From a virus: DNA of 64,000 bases. Positions 39,148-48,578 of the stretch are shown here, piece by piece (the stretch's first letter is position 1; each line of letters opens with the position of its first letter). Location: the IMG/VR virus record IMGVR_UViG_3300042383_000546, positions 1 to 64,000 of that record. One strand, written 5' to 3'. A program made the translations under genes and the position numbers. The notes under the pieces are model-generated. The model did no database searches. It saw only the letters and a program-made list of their open reading frames with translations, and was not told the DNA's origin.

Positions 39148-39951
39148 TTAATTGCCTGAAGCGTAAACGTCTTTAATATTATATTCAGCTATATAGTCCT
39201 TAATAAACTTATCGATGATTTGGTATCTTATTTTATTTTCGGGACTAGGAAACCCTATAAATGTTTCTCCAAATGCAGCATAAGCCTCCTTGATTGGATA
39301 GCCTAAGCCTAAATATATTGTAAGACCGTTTAAGTCTGCTTCAGTTTCGTTTGCTATATCACTATTCACATAGTAGTGGCTAAACTCATGGAGTAAAATT
39401 GCCATTCTCATAGGAATAGTAAAAGGCACAAAGGCTTCCTGAGAAACTTGTATTCTACCATTTTTTGTGCTGATACGAGCAGGTGTAGCCATTTTCTGAC
39501 CTTTACTGCTAATAATAAAAGGTAAATATTCAATTTTGAAATTACCTGCAGCACTTACATAATCTTTTTTAGAAGATAACGAACCTGCATTATAACAGAA
39601 CTTTTGAGCAAAAGCAACGAAGTTTCTTACAAGTGGAGTGTCCATTTTGGTTTTACCCAAAGTAATATCTAGCTCCTCTCTTTTTACTTCTAGTACTTCA
39701 AAAGTAGGGTCTTCACCCTTTTTCTTATTACCATTCTTTTCATTATAGATGTCCAAAATACAAGTGTTTGGAGCTAAAGGCATCCTAACATATAATTCTT
39801 GAGTTCCATCTATTGTTTTAGTTCTATTGGTAAAATAGGTATTAGCCTGACCCTTATCATACACCTTTAATACAATAACTTGAGGACTAGTCGTTTTCAC
39901 TACTACCTTCACTTTGCAGGGGGCAAATCTCGTCCACAGGTTATATTGCAT
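39148..39951 (-). CDS. zincin-like metalloprotease (candidate maturation protease)
   Basis: ILLHEFSHY...NETEAD (HExxH plus downstream ExxAD). Confidence 0.7.
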   Translation of the reverse strand: MQYNLWTRFAPCKVKVVVKTTSPQVIVLKVYDKGQANTYFTNRTKTIDGTQELYVRMPLAPNTCILDIYNEKNGNKKKGEDPTFEVLEVKREELDITLGKTKMDTPLVRNFVAFAQKFCYNAGSLSSKKDYVSAAGNFKIEYLPFIISSKGQKMATPARISTKNGRIQVSQEAFVPFTIPMRMAILLHEFSHYYVNSDIANETEADLNGLTIYLGLGYPIKEAYAAFGETFIGFPSPENKIRYQIIDKFIKDYIAEYNIKDVYASGN

Positions 39952-40246
39952 CAGTATACAATGGGGTTTTTATTTTATCAGGATTTATACGACTTCTACG
40001 TTTTTGAGACTCCATAGCTTTTTCTTTTACCGCCTTACTAGCTTGTACGGGAGGTAACACAACTTCAAAATCTCTTAAAAAAGCATTCGTATACTTTGAA
40101 GATTCTACGTTTGTAGCATCAGCAATAACTTCTTTTACTTCAGCGTCTGTCATTAAACTAGCAGAAGGTTTTTTGAAACCTCTGTAATATAAGTGAGCAG
40201 CAATACCGCCTACTAAAACTCCAATAAGTACATCACCTATTTTCAT
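39941..40246 (-). CDS. small membrane protein, N-terminal anchor
   Basis: VLIGVLVGGIAAHLYY. Confidence 0.65.
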   Translation of the reverse strand: MKIGDVLIGVLVGGIAAHLYYRGFKKPSASLMTDAEVKEVIADATNVESSKYTNAFLRDFEVVLPPVQASKAVKEKAMESQKRRSRINPDKIKTPLYTDAI

Positions 40247-40247
40247 A

Positions 40248-40547
40248 TTATTTCTTTTTCATGATTTGACGAGCTACTACAGCTAACAAAATAATACCAC
40301 CCACGATATATAAAGTCTTTACAGGCATTCCTAAAACTGTTTTTCCCATGTCTTTTTCTTTAGTTTTAAATTTATTTAAAGTTAAATTAATTTCTTGATT
40401 TAACCCATCATTCAAAGGGAAAATCCCTTTTGTTTTTTCTCTTGTAAGCCACTCAGAGAAATTGAGTGTACCGCCATCTTCTTTGTAAATTTTGAAAAGC
40501 TGATTTGCGGTTAGTGTCTTGTCCAAATCAATTTGACTTTCTGCCAT
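40248..40547 (-). CDS. small membrane protein, C-terminal anchor
   Basis: LYIVGGIILLAVVARQIMKKK. Confidence 0.7.
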   Translation of the reverse strand: MAESQIDLDKTLTANQLFKIYKEDGGTLNFSEWLTREKTKGIFPLNDGLNQEINLTLNKFKTKEKDMGKTVLGMPVKTLYIVGGIILLAVVARQIMKKK

Positions 40548-40555
40548 ATTTATGT

Positions 40556-41005
40556 TTATTTTTTGAATAAGTACAAAGAAGAAGCAAAACCTATCATGTT
40601 ATTACCATCTTCAGAAACTTGATACCAACCTGCAACCTGAGAAGGACTGCCGTAAAGGGTACTTCCGTTTGCTATCTTCTTCACTATTTCAGACTTTGCA
40701 CTTGGGGTCTTTCTAATATTTAGATTACTACCTAGTGTTTTAACCTGAAGGGCTTGTTTTGAGCCTGTGTTTAAGAATAAAGCAGCTAATGGATTTGTAA
40801 GTGCTAGATTAGCAGATACAAGTGCCTTTTTTTGCTCATCTGTTAATTCAGTAGATGTTGAAGCTGTAGGGTCAATAGTTATAGTTTCTCCTTCAACTTT
40901 TGGAGCATCTTTTTTGCCGAATAGCTTTCCTCTAAAAGCATAGAGTAAACCACCTACAGCTAATACACTTGCAACCCCGATTAATATTTTTGTATTCTTT
41001 TCCAT
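40556..41005 (-). CDS. membrane-anchored bacterial SH3 (SH3b) domain protein
   Basis: N-terminal TM; NLNIRKTPS..S.IV...GWYQV...GFASS.YL. Confidence 0.8.
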   Translation of the reverse strand: MEKNTKILIGVASVLAVGGLLYAFRGKLFGKKDAPKVEGETITIDPTASTSTELTDEQKKALVSANLALTNPLAALFLNTGSKQALQVKTLGSNLNIRKTPSAKSEIVKKIANGSTLYGSPSQVAGWYQVSEDGNNMIGFASSLYLFKK

Positions 41006-41006
41006 T

Positions 41007-41408
41007 TTATTTGTGTTCTATTAGTAATTCACCTAATACTTCTATTCTACCAACCTTTTTTTGAAAGTCAATTTGCCCGATACTCATGTCCTGAATACCA
41101 TTATTTACTTCACTAATCAAACCTTTAAGTTCCTTTTCAGCTTCAGCAAAATCTAATTTTCCTTCAGCAGCACTTTTATAGTAGGGCTCTTTGACATCAA
41201 AATGATAGTAAGTCAGCATTGATAGTCCACCTTTTTCTTTAGCGTTTTCTGCAATCTTCATAGCACCCTCTCCCCTTTTTTTAGAGAAGTCTTCAAGTTG
41301 TTTGTCTGTGCTCTGAGTACTCTGCTTTTTATTTTTATTCATAATTAAATAGGTTAAGCCCAATAGACCTAACCCACCTAATATGAATACTTTTGTGTTT
41401 TGTTCCAT
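41007..41408 (-). CDS. small membrane protein, N-terminal anchor
   Basis: N-terminus MEQNTKVFILGG resembles MEKNTKILIG of the adjacent gene. Confidence 0.65.
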   Translation of the reverse strand: MEQNTKVFILGGLGLLGLTYLIMNKNKKQSTQSTDKQLEDFSKKRGEGAMKIAENAKEKGGLSMLTYYHFDVKEPYYKSAAEGKLDFAEAEKELKGLISEVNNGIQDMSIGQIDFQKKVGRIEVLGELLIEHK

Positions 41409-41635
41409 TATTCTTCTACTTTAGGTAGTAATAACTGAGATACCAAACCACCAATAATAGCTCCTATAAACGCTGAAGAGACTAAATTGTACTGACGAGA
41501 ATAACCTATTAAAAGACCACCTGCCATTCCAATAAAGCCTCCTGTTATAGTGCCTTTTGTTTTTTTCAAAGCCATACTATCAGACTTTGATTTAAGCTCT
41601 TTAGCTTTTTGTAATAGTTCTGATGCTTCAGCCAT
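41408..41635 (-). CDS. glycine-zipper membrane protein
   Basis: GGFIGMAGGLLIG...AFIGAIIGGLV. Confidence 0.7.
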   Translation of the reverse strand: MAEASELLQKAKELKSKSDSMALKKTKGTITGGFIGMAGGLLIGYSRQYNLVSSAFIGAIIGGLVSQLLLPKVEE

Positions 41636-41646
41636 TTTTTATTTTT

Positions 41647-41748
41647 TTATTTTTGACCGCTCTTCCAACTTCTAGAAACTACATAAACAGTAACACCTAG
41701 TGCTACAAGTCCTAAAGCATACGCTAGTAAATTTTTTCCGTTTTTCAT
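41647..41748 (-). CDS. 33-aa membrane peptide (not in ORF track)
   Basis: MKNGKNLLAYALGLVALGVTVYVVSRSWKSGQK; fills the gap between genes; paralogue at 50314. Confidence 0.7.
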   Translation of the reverse strand: MKNGKNLLAYALGLVALGVTVYVVSRSWKSGQK

Positions 41749-41751
41749 TTT

Positions 41752-42150
41752 TTATGGATTGAATTGTGATAAAATCGTTTTTCTAGGTCTATTCTTTGGT
41801 GCACATCTACAAGCATCTTGGATATTTGTAGGAGCACCGCCCGTTGCATTCATAAACATTGGTGCACCAACACCTCTGTCATAAATGTTAGGTATTAAAT
41901 TCTGAGAACTCATGTAAATTGGAGGTTTAACACCACTACCCAAAGCACTAACGGTTACAGGGTTTGCAGTTAAACCACTTGATGGCTGCTGAGGTGGAGG
42001 TTTAAGGTCAGGAATACCTACAATGATTGGAGGATTTTCATTTTTTAAATCTGAAACCTTAACTTCTTTTTTCTTACTATAATATCTTAAAGCAAGTATA
42101 GTTGCTACTATCCCCGCTCCAAACCATAGTATTTTATTATCTGTTGCCAT
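41752..42150 (-). CDS. Pro-rich membrane protein, N-terminal anchor
   Basis: ILWFGAGIVATILALRYY. Confidence 0.65.
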   Translation of the reverse strand: MATDNKILWFGAGIVATILALRYYSKKKEVKVSDLKNENPPIIVGIPDLKPPPQQPSSGLTANPVTVSALGSGVKPPIYMSSQNLIPNIYDRGVGAPMFMNATGGAPTNIQDACRCAPKNRPRKTILSQFNP

Positions 42151-42152
42151 GA

Positions 42153-42854
42153 TTAGTTAGTTTTTTTAGCTTTTACAATAAGGTATATAGCTGTGATTGC
42201 TACTAACACACCCGCACCAATTATGATGTAAGTGGTAGCACTAGTTTTCTTACTAGGTGTACCCATGTTTGCTCTTAGCTCATCTTGTTGTGCTTGTAAG
42301 GCTGCAGCTTGATTACTAATGTTATTGGCATCAGCTTGAGTCTTGTTATTGATTTTATTTAAACCAATTTGAATACCTGCATTGATTGTATCTTGACTAG
42401 TAAGTGCTTTACCAATGTTTGCTAATAGTAAACCTACTCCTGTCTTTCCTTGAGGATTGTCGGCTGTAACTCTACTTTGTTTTTTAGCAGCAGCAGCTTG
42501 AGCAGCAGCAGCTTTTTTTGCAGCTCTTTCAGCAGCAGTCATATTATAAAAATCATCTGCTCCTGTGAATTGAAAATCGTCAATCCCTGTAAATCCAAAA
42601 TCCTGTGAGCTACCAACAAATGATAATGTTTCACCTGCCTCTTTAACTTTTTCTGTTAGAAAAGTAGACAACTCATTTTTGAAGTTTGGACTTTTAGCTG
42701 AAGCCATAAGTACGGCAATAGTAACTTCTTTGTCAGAAGGATTGTTACCTACTACAACTCCGTTTCTTTTAAGTAATCTAACTAGACCATCTTTATCAGT
42801 AACTACAGCGTATGATAACGCTTCTTCTGTTACTTGTAGTGCACTTACTGCCAT
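42153..42854 (-). CDS. membrane protein, C-terminal anchor, with repeated FTG-acidic motifs
   Basis: FGFTGIDDFQFTGADDFY; YIIIGAGVLVAITAIYLIVK. Confidence 0.7.
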   Translation of the reverse strand: MAVSALQVTEEALSYAVVTDKDGLVRLLKRNGVVVGNNPSDKEVTIAVLMASAKSPNFKNELSTFLTEKVKEAGETLSFVGSSQDFGFTGIDDFQFTGADDFYNMTAAERAAKKAAAAQAAAAKKQSRVTADNPQGKTGVGLLLANIGKALTSQDTINAGIQIGLNKINNKTQADANNISNQAAALQAQQDELRANMGTPSKKTSATTYIIIGAGVLVAITAIYLIVKAKKTN

Positions 42855-42869
42855 GTTATTTTAATTTAA

Positions 42870-43175
42870 TTATTTTTTATTTACATAATACGTTACACCA
42901 TAAATAGCTAGTGTAATACCAATTACCCATGCCCATTTTTGCCCTTTAGACATTCTTACACCAAATAAGCCTTCAACTTCGCTTACAGGATTGCTTGGGT
43001 CATTTGGCAAAGGTGCACCTTCCATAGTTTTTTTATCCTGTGGTGGTGGTGGTGAAAATTTGCTTTCATGCCTTTTCATGCAATCTTCAAAACTGCTATA
43101 TTTACTTTTATCGTAACCATAGTTACAATATTGAAATTTTGCCTCTGCTGCGTTTTGTGGTGCTCGTAAAGCCAT
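42870..43175 (-). CDS. small membrane protein, C-terminal anchor
   Basis: WAWVIGITLAIYGVTYYVNKK. Confidence 0.7.
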   Translation of the reverse strand: MALRAPQNAAEAKFQYCNYGYDKSKYSSFEDCMKRHESKFSPPPPQDKKTMEGAPLPNDPSNPVSEVEGLFGVRMSKGQKWAWVIGITLAIYGVTYYVNKK

Positions 43176-43180
43176 TATAA

Positions 43181-43603
43181 TTATTTTTTAGTTGTTATGA
43201 TAGCGAAAGCAATTAATACCGCTCCTGCAAACATTAACATACCTGTTTCCGAAGTTAATTTTTTATTGTCAGCAACTTGTTGTGCTGCTTGAGCTTGAAG
43301 CTGACCTGAGAAATTCATGTAAGATTCAAGAATATTTTTATTTGGATTTGAAGCGGTACAAGTACAGCCATCAGGCTTTTTACCATACTTCTTCTCGAAG
43401 TAGTCCATGAACAATTCTTTGTCAGGGTTATTTTCGATAATTTCCATTAATACGGGTTCGCCCTCGTAGGACACGAGTTGCTGTAAAACCGAAGAAAGAG
43501 GTTGGTCTCTGTCAAATTCGTAGCCATGTCTATGTGCCAACGATTTCACAAAATATGGATTCGCTGCAGCGGTGTATGCGTATATGTTTACATTACTCGA
43601 CAT
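43181..43603 (-). CDS. small membrane protein, C-terminal anchor
   Basis: MLMFAGAVLIAFAIITTKK; ATG at 43603. Confidence 0.7.
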   Translation of the reverse strand: MSSNVNIYAYTAAANPYFVKSLAHRHGYEFDRDQPLSSVLQQLVSYEGEPVLMEIIENNPDKELFMDYFEKKYGKKPDGCTCTASNPNKNILESYMNFSGQLQAQAAQQVADNKKLTSETGMLMFAGAVLIAFAIITTKK

Positions 43604-43629
43604 GATATGCAATTTAATGAATTAAAAGT

Positions 43630-43676
43630 AAAAAAGGGCGAAGCTGATATAAAATCTGCTTCAGCCCTTTCTTTTT
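43630..43676 (-). terminator. intrinsic terminator after the candidate capsid gene
   Basis: aaagggc-gaagc...gcttc-agccc-ttt stem-loop with A- and T-tracts. Confidence 0.7.
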
Positions 43677-43694
43677 TATTTTATACCGCTAGAA

Positions 43695-44393
43695 TTAACG
43701 AGCAGCAGGTCTGATAATCTTTGGACTACCGTATTGCTTAGAAACAGGGTCTCCGTTTAAGCCACGAGCAATATTGATGTTATCAGAAGGGTAGAATTGG
43801 AACTGAACACTTGAACTTGCGAACATAGTGAAAGTCAATTTAGTGAAGCCATCGATACGGAAAGGTTGTTTCAATTCGATAACACCACTTTGGTTCTGAT
43901 AAGGGTCAATTACAGGTGTCAAGATTTTAACAGCTTGGTTACCGTTAGCGTCTTGAGTAGTTAAAGTAATCGGTTGTAACACTTGACTTGTTGTACCATT
44001 TACAGAAGAAATCAAAGTAGAACCGATTGTGAAAGGGCTTACACTTGATTGGTTAAGTAAGTTGTAATAAGTTGTGTTAGAAAGGTTAGACGTAATGGTT
44101 ACGTTGTTTACAGTTAAAGAACCTGCAGAGAAACCTGCATTGTTCAAGTAAACGTAAGCACCAAATACATCTACAGATACTGCAGCGTTTGAAGCGTTAG
44201 ATACTGTGATGATGTAAGGCTGAGACTTCATCATACCTGCTGATGCCATTGGAGCTACTGCAGGTGCTGCGTCAGCAGCGAAGAAATTGTCTGCCCCTGT
44301 AAAATAGGTTTCGTCTGCGAAACCATCTACACCAATAAACTGCTCGTTAATAGAGCGGTTAGCTTGTTGTAAGTACTTTTGAATACTAGACAT
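43695..44393 (-). CDS. candidate major capsid protein (beta-rich, jelly-roll-like)
   Basis: 232 aa, no TM, no Cys, alternating beta pattern, frequent TTC/AAC/ATC/CGT codons; near the ATPase; followed by its own terminator. Confidence 0.55.
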   Translation of the reverse strand: MSSIQKYLQQANRSINEQFIGVDGFADETYFTGADNFFAADAAPAVAPMASAGMMKSQPYIITVSNASNAAVSVDVFGAYVYLNNAGFSAGSLTVNNVTITSNLSNTTYYNLLNQSSVSPFTIGSTLISSVNGTTSQVLQPITLTTQDANGNQAVKILTPVIDPYQNQSGVIELKQPFRIDGFTKLTFTMFASSSVQFQFYPSDNINIARGLNGDPVSKQYGSPKIIRPAAR

Positions 44394-44450
44394 TGTGAAT
44401 TAATTTATTTTTTTTAAAAATTTGTTTGTTTGTAGTTAGTTCCTTATGAA

Positions 44451-44558
44451 TTAAGCACCAATCTTAGCTTTGTCAAGCAACGGCTTAACTGCTAACATAT
44501 AAAGGGCTACACCCGCTGTTACTACTAAAACTTTACCTGCAAGAGATTTGAAGTCCAT
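44451..44558 (-). CDS. 35-aa membrane peptide directly upstream of the capsid candidate (not in ORF track)
   Basis: MDFKSLAGKVLVVTAGVALYMLAVKPLLDKAKIGA; A-rich leader. Confidence 0.7.
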   Translation of the reverse strand: MDFKSLAGKVLVVTAGVALYMLAVKPLLDKAKIGA

Positions 44559-44735
44559 TTTTTTCTAATTTAATTTTTTAAGAATAATTGTGTATCAACT
44601 GAATACAGATTCAAATGACATATCAAACCTATGTACTTAATTTTAATTGATAATTAAATCTAATTAGTTTGTTTACTACAATCGTTTGTAGCAAAACGAG
44701 GTAATTTGATACTTTATATTACGTTTATTTGTAGC

Positions 44736-44770
44736 AAAAAAAATCCCCAATAGAATTAACTATCAGGGAT
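44736..44770 (-). terminator. probable terminator after the ATPase gene
   Basis: atccc..atag...ctat..gggat stem with an A-tract. Confidence 0.5.
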
Positions 44771-44793
44771 AAACAAAAAACTCAACACAGAAA

Positions 44794-45615
44794 CTATCCT
44801 ATATACTGAGCAAGTAGCCTTCTTTTAACTTCAGCTCTTGCCGTATTATCATTATATTTTTTCTTATTCTTTTCGTCTTTGAGCACCAAATAAGGATTTG
44901 TAAGAGCTCTAAAGTTTTCGCTAATATATTGCTCTACTGCATCTTCAATCATTTCTTGGCTATAGTTACCTCTGATGTTTGATTCGTCCATGTCCACATA
45001 ACAGTAAAACCTCTTGTTGCCTGAATCGTACTGAGTGTTTACCATGATTTCGGCAATACGCATATACTCAAACTTATCAGGGAATTTATTTTTATGCCTT
45101 TCAACTGATTCGACATTCTTATGAAATCTTAATTGGTTTAGATTACCCCAAAGTTTAGTAACAATTCTGCCAATAGACTGATAAGACAGAATAATGTCTA
45201 AGCCAACGTGACGATTGGTAGCAATAGCACCAACTAAATCAGAAGGCATATGGTCACCGATAAATTTAGAAGGGTCTTCAATGACCAAAAGTCCATTTTT
45301 AAAAGTGCTTAATACATAGAACAAAGCCTGAGCCCATTCGTCTAGTGTCATTCTAGTTCCGTTGGGGTGGAAAGGTCTTATCCTTCTAACTTCTACATGA
45401 GGGTGAACAGTAAAAAGACCTACGTCATTAAGCGACAAAGCTCTGATTCCAAATACTCCATACTCATCGTTTACGTCCATTACAAGAGCCTTACGACCTT
45501 TAATGCCATGATAAGGGTCTCCTTCTACATATTTGTTTATGGTAATCATGTGAGCCCAAGTTTTTCCCACACCTTTTTTACCAACTGCTGCCATCAATAA
45601 AGGTTCTCTTCCCAT
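44794..45615 (-). CDS. FtsK/HerA-superfamily genome-packaging ATPase (A32/P9-like)
   Basis: Walker A GKKGVGKT, Walker B LLVIED, Arg finger NRH, sensor SYQ; no nuclease domain. Confidence 0.8.
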   Translation of the reverse strand: MGREPLLMAAVGKKGVGKTWAHMITINKYVEGDPYHGIKGRKALVMDVNDEYGVFGIRALSLNDVGLFTVHPHVEVRRIRPFHPNGTRMTLDEWAQALFYVLSTFKNGLLVIEDPSKFIGDHMPSDLVGAIATNRHVGLDIILSYQSIGRIVTKLWGNLNQLRFHKNVESVERHKNKFPDKFEYMRIAEIMVNTQYDSGNKRFYCYVDMDESNIRGNYSQEMIEDAVEQYISENFRALTNPYLVLKDEKNKKKYNDNTARAEVKRRLLAQYIG

Positions 45616-45617
45616 TT

Positions 45618-45905
45618 CTAATTTTTTGTTTCTTTAAGTGCCATTTCTATTCTGTAAGAATCGTACACTTTTGAAAATGATATTCTTCTGATAGTAGTAT
45701 CACACATAGCAAAGTCATACTCAATCTTCATAAAGTTTTCTTTCTTTATAAAAATCGGGATAACCTTACAATCCTCTACATAAATGATAAAATCGTCATC
45801 GTTTTCAACAGGGAAATAGATTTTTTCTGCCTCTTTATCAAAGACACGAATAACACTCATTATCCTCTGCTTAAACTCAATCCACTCAGGGCTTTTAATT
45901 CTCAT
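45618..45905 (-). CDS. hypothetical protein
   Basis: operon context. Confidence 0.55.
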   Translation of the reverse strand: MRIKSPEWIEFKQRIMSVIRVFDKEAEKIYFPVENDDDFIIYVEDCKVIPIFIKKENFMKIEYDFAMCDTTIRRISFSKVYDSYRIEMALKETKN

Positions 45906-45906
45906 T

Positions 45907-47034
45907 TTAATCTAGTCCTTGCATTTGTGGATTTGGTTTCTCTTTCCCGTCTTTGTCCGTTTCTCTCAAAATTATTGCTTCAGCTATTTCACTTTCGTCA
46001 ATGTTATTGATATAATCTTTTGGTCTACGACCTCTTTTACCACCTGTCTTTCTACTTTTCATAGCCTCTTGATATGAGCTATTGCCACCATTTGCTTTTG
46101 CTGCATTTTCACTCCAAATCTTCTCCTTAGCTCTTTGTTCCATGAGCTTTGCTTTACCCGTTGAAGGAACTTTGTGTTCCGTTACAGTTGAGTTTATTAC
46201 CGCCTCATTTGAGTTGAAATTATCAAACTCTTGAGTTGCTTCATAAGTTGGTGTAGGTGTCGGGGTTGGTGTAGGCTTTGGTGCAGATGGTTTAGGTGTT
46301 GGTACAGCCCCGCTAGATTTAATAGCTGCAGTATTTTCTACTAAAGCATTAATCAAATCATTTGCAGTAGATTTCATTTGATAAATGAGAACACTCTTAA
46401 CTGCAATATCTTTACCAAAAGCAAAGAGTACATACTGCTCATCAGTCATACCCGCACCTCTTTTTTCTAGTATTCTTACTAGTGGAGGTTTAACGTCTTT
46501 TTTGAACTCTTTAGAAACAACTAAAGTGTCTTTTGTTTGGTTGTTAAACTCTTCAATAAACTCACCTGCAGAAATAGTAGAACCATCTGCCGTTGGCACT
46601 TGAATAGATAAATCTAATTCACCTTCAGCTTGAAGTTTTTTAATTCTTTTTTCAGGAATTTTCAGGAACATATTTCCCCATGAGTTGATTTGCTCATAGG
46701 TATCTAATATGATTGTAGCTAAGTGTTCTGCACCTGCTTTCTTTTCTGCATCAGTTGCTTGATTCATGGCAGGGTTTACAGGAGCTGATTCGTTTCTACG
46801 ATTACCTCCACCGCCACCATCACCGCCTAGCATATCGTATGGGTTATCTCTAGTATTTATTGACTGAGGTTGAAAAGAAGGCTCAGGAATAATAGTAGAT
46901 AATCGGTCTTGAGAAACAAAACCTGTTGGCTGACTATATGGTTTATCATTTACGTTGTCACTAAAGGGCATAAACTCCCTTTTAGGTTCTGTAAATGTTT
47001 GCTGATTTTGTTGCTGTTCAGTCTGATTTTCCAT
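45907..47034 (-). CDS. hypothetical protein upstream of the ATPase, with a Pro/Thr linker
   Basis: 375 aa; PTPKP repeats; KRGRRPK. Confidence 0.65.
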   Translation of the reverse strand: MENQTEQQQNQQTFTEPKREFMPFSDNVNDKPYSQPTGFVSQDRLSTIIPEPSFQPQSINTRDNPYDMLGGDGGGGGNRRNESAPVNPAMNQATDAEKKAGAEHLATIILDTYEQINSWGNMFLKIPEKRIKKLQAEGELDLSIQVPTADGSTISAGEFIEEFNNQTKDTLVVSKEFKKDVKPPLVRILEKRGAGMTDEQYVLFAFGKDIAVKSVLIYQMKSTANDLINALVENTAAIKSSGAVPTPKPSAPKPTPTPTPTPTYEATQEFDNFNSNEAVINSTVTEHKVPSTGKAKLMEQRAKEKIWSENAAKANGGNSSYQEAMKSRKTGGKRGRRPKDYINNIDESEIAEAIILRETDKDGKEKPNPQMQGLD

Positions 47035-47039
47035 GATGG

Positions 47040-47459
47040 TTATTTGTTTAATAGTATTTTATCTAGTTTGTCTTTTATTTTTAAATAGGGTATATCCGAT
47101 TTGTACTTAGGGTTCAAAGACTCAATCAGAATTTTGTATTTACTGATATTGGTCTTATGCCTAGATATGAAAATGGTATCACTAATATCTCTTATAGTCA
47201 TACTTTTATAAAGATAGTAAACGCAAAAACCCACCGCAAACTTGTTATCACCTCTAGCGTACTTAGCATACAGCAAAGATTCTACGTCCATGCTAAATGC
47301 CTGTGAAACTGAGTTTAATACCAAATTTATGTATGGGTCATCAAAAGAGGTTACTTGACCATCTTCTATTGTGAGAGCAGCCATTGTTTTGTCATATCCA
47401 TTTTTCTTAAAATAGCTGACAAAAGTCTCAAGAGCTGTAAATGTATTATCAAGATTCAT
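47040..47459 (-). CDS. DnaA C-terminal-like helix-turn-helix protein
   Basis: VSQAFSMDVESLL...CVYYL...MTIRDIS..F..RHKTNI. Confidence 0.5.
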   Translation of the reverse strand: MNLDNTFTALETFVSYFKKNGYDKTMAALTIEDGQVTSFDDPYINLVLNSVSQAFSMDVESLLYAKYARGDNKFAVGFCVYYLYKSMTIRDISDTIFISRHKTNISKYKILIESLNPKYKSDIPYLKIKDKLDKILLNK

Positions 47460-47501
47460 GGTTATTTTTTATTGAACAAATGTATTTATTTTATCTCAAA
47501 T

Positions 47502-47903
47502 TTACCAACCTGAAATTATATTTTTTAATTTACCGCCATTTTGTTTAAACCACTCTTTGCCTATCACTCTTAGCTTTACATCAGGGTGATATTTAGCCAT
47601 CCTTTTAATCTTTGTTGCTGACTTTGCATCCATGTAGCCCTTTATTTCAATCCATTCCTCTGAGCCACTAGGAAAAATGACCATAAAATCAGGTTTATAG
47701 TTATTTGTTCCCCTCTTTATTGCCTCAAACCAAAAGGTCTTAGGTTCGTGCTGCCATTCAATTATATGACCATGCTTTTTCATAAACTCCAAATACAAAG
47801 CATATCTATATTCCCATCTGCTTCTATAAAAGTTTCTTTTACCACCAATTTCAGCCCAATCTTGTTTCCAAGTGGACTTACCGTCTTTTAAGTGTATTTG
47901 CAT
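47502..47903 (-). CDS. PD-(D/E)xK endonuclease (DUF1064/resolvase-like)
   Basis: RSRWE...YKPDF...IEIKG. Confidence 0.8.
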   Translation of the reverse strand: MQIHLKDGKSTWKQDWAEIGGKRNFYRSRWEYRYALYLEFMKKHGHIIEWQHEPKTFWFEAIKRGTNNYKPDFMVIFPSGSEEWIEIKGYMDAKSATKIKRMAKYHPDVKLRVIGKEWFKQNGGKLKNIISGW

Positions 47904-48544
47904 TATAGTCCGTATCTAGCTTTGAAATCTCTGTCTTTTATGATAGTTTCAACACAATAAAGTGAGAAATCGTTATCTGAAGGATAGTGAAGACCCAAAT
48001 AAATTCTTGAGTATTCAATGTCCTTAGCCAAAGAATCAAAATAGCCAAACTTCTCAGGGAAGTGATTGCCTAGTACATGGCAAATCAAGGCTGCCTGAAA
48101 TGTATGACCTGCAGGATATGAGGGTGTTTCAGCCGAAACTGAACTAAAAGGGAATAGTTTTAATTTGTAGTGCTGTGCTAACTGATAAGGTCTTGGACGC
48201 TGAAAATGGTACTTTAATTTAAGTATCACAGGCAGACTTTCGTCTATTAGACTATCTACTAGTTCTATGCCTTTGTCCCCTAGTTCCTGATTTATAATAA
48301 CACTAGCAAATATTCTTTCAATAGAAGGGTCGTATGACCTATATCTTTTGAGAGCCTCTTCGTCAGCTTTTACATCACCGATATAATCTACTACTTCGTT
48401 TAATTCCTCTCTAGTAGCTTTTGAGCTATTCAAAGGGAAACCAAACTTGATTAATTGAGGCAAATGTTTATCTAAAGGGCTTTCAACCTCTAAATAAGGT
48501 AATTGCCTTTGTGTTGGATTGCCATAGGTTATAGAATCAAGCAT
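47903..48544 (-). CDS. PAP2-superfamily phosphatase
   Basis: KYHFQRPRP, PSYPAGH, SRIYLGLHYPSD. Confidence 0.9.
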   Translation of the reverse strand: MLDSITYGNPTQRQLPYLEVESPLDKHLPQLIKFGFPLNSSKATREELNEVVDYIGDVKADEEALKRYRSYDPSIERIFASVIINQELGDKGIELVDSLIDESLPVILKLKYHFQRPRPYQLAQHYKLKLFPFSSVSAETPSYPAGHTFQAALICHVLGNHFPEKFGYFDSLAKDIEYSRIYLGLHYPSDNDFSLYCVETIIKDRDFKARYGL

Positions 48545-48578
48545 AATTGTTTATGGTTATTTTGTGTTTTTATATTTT

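Noticed and set aside
44794-45615. ATPase as a terminase large subunit or a conjugative VirB4/TraG
   Set aside because: It is too short, has no nuclease domain and no T4SS genes are present; the RH/Q motifs fit the packaging ATPase clade better.
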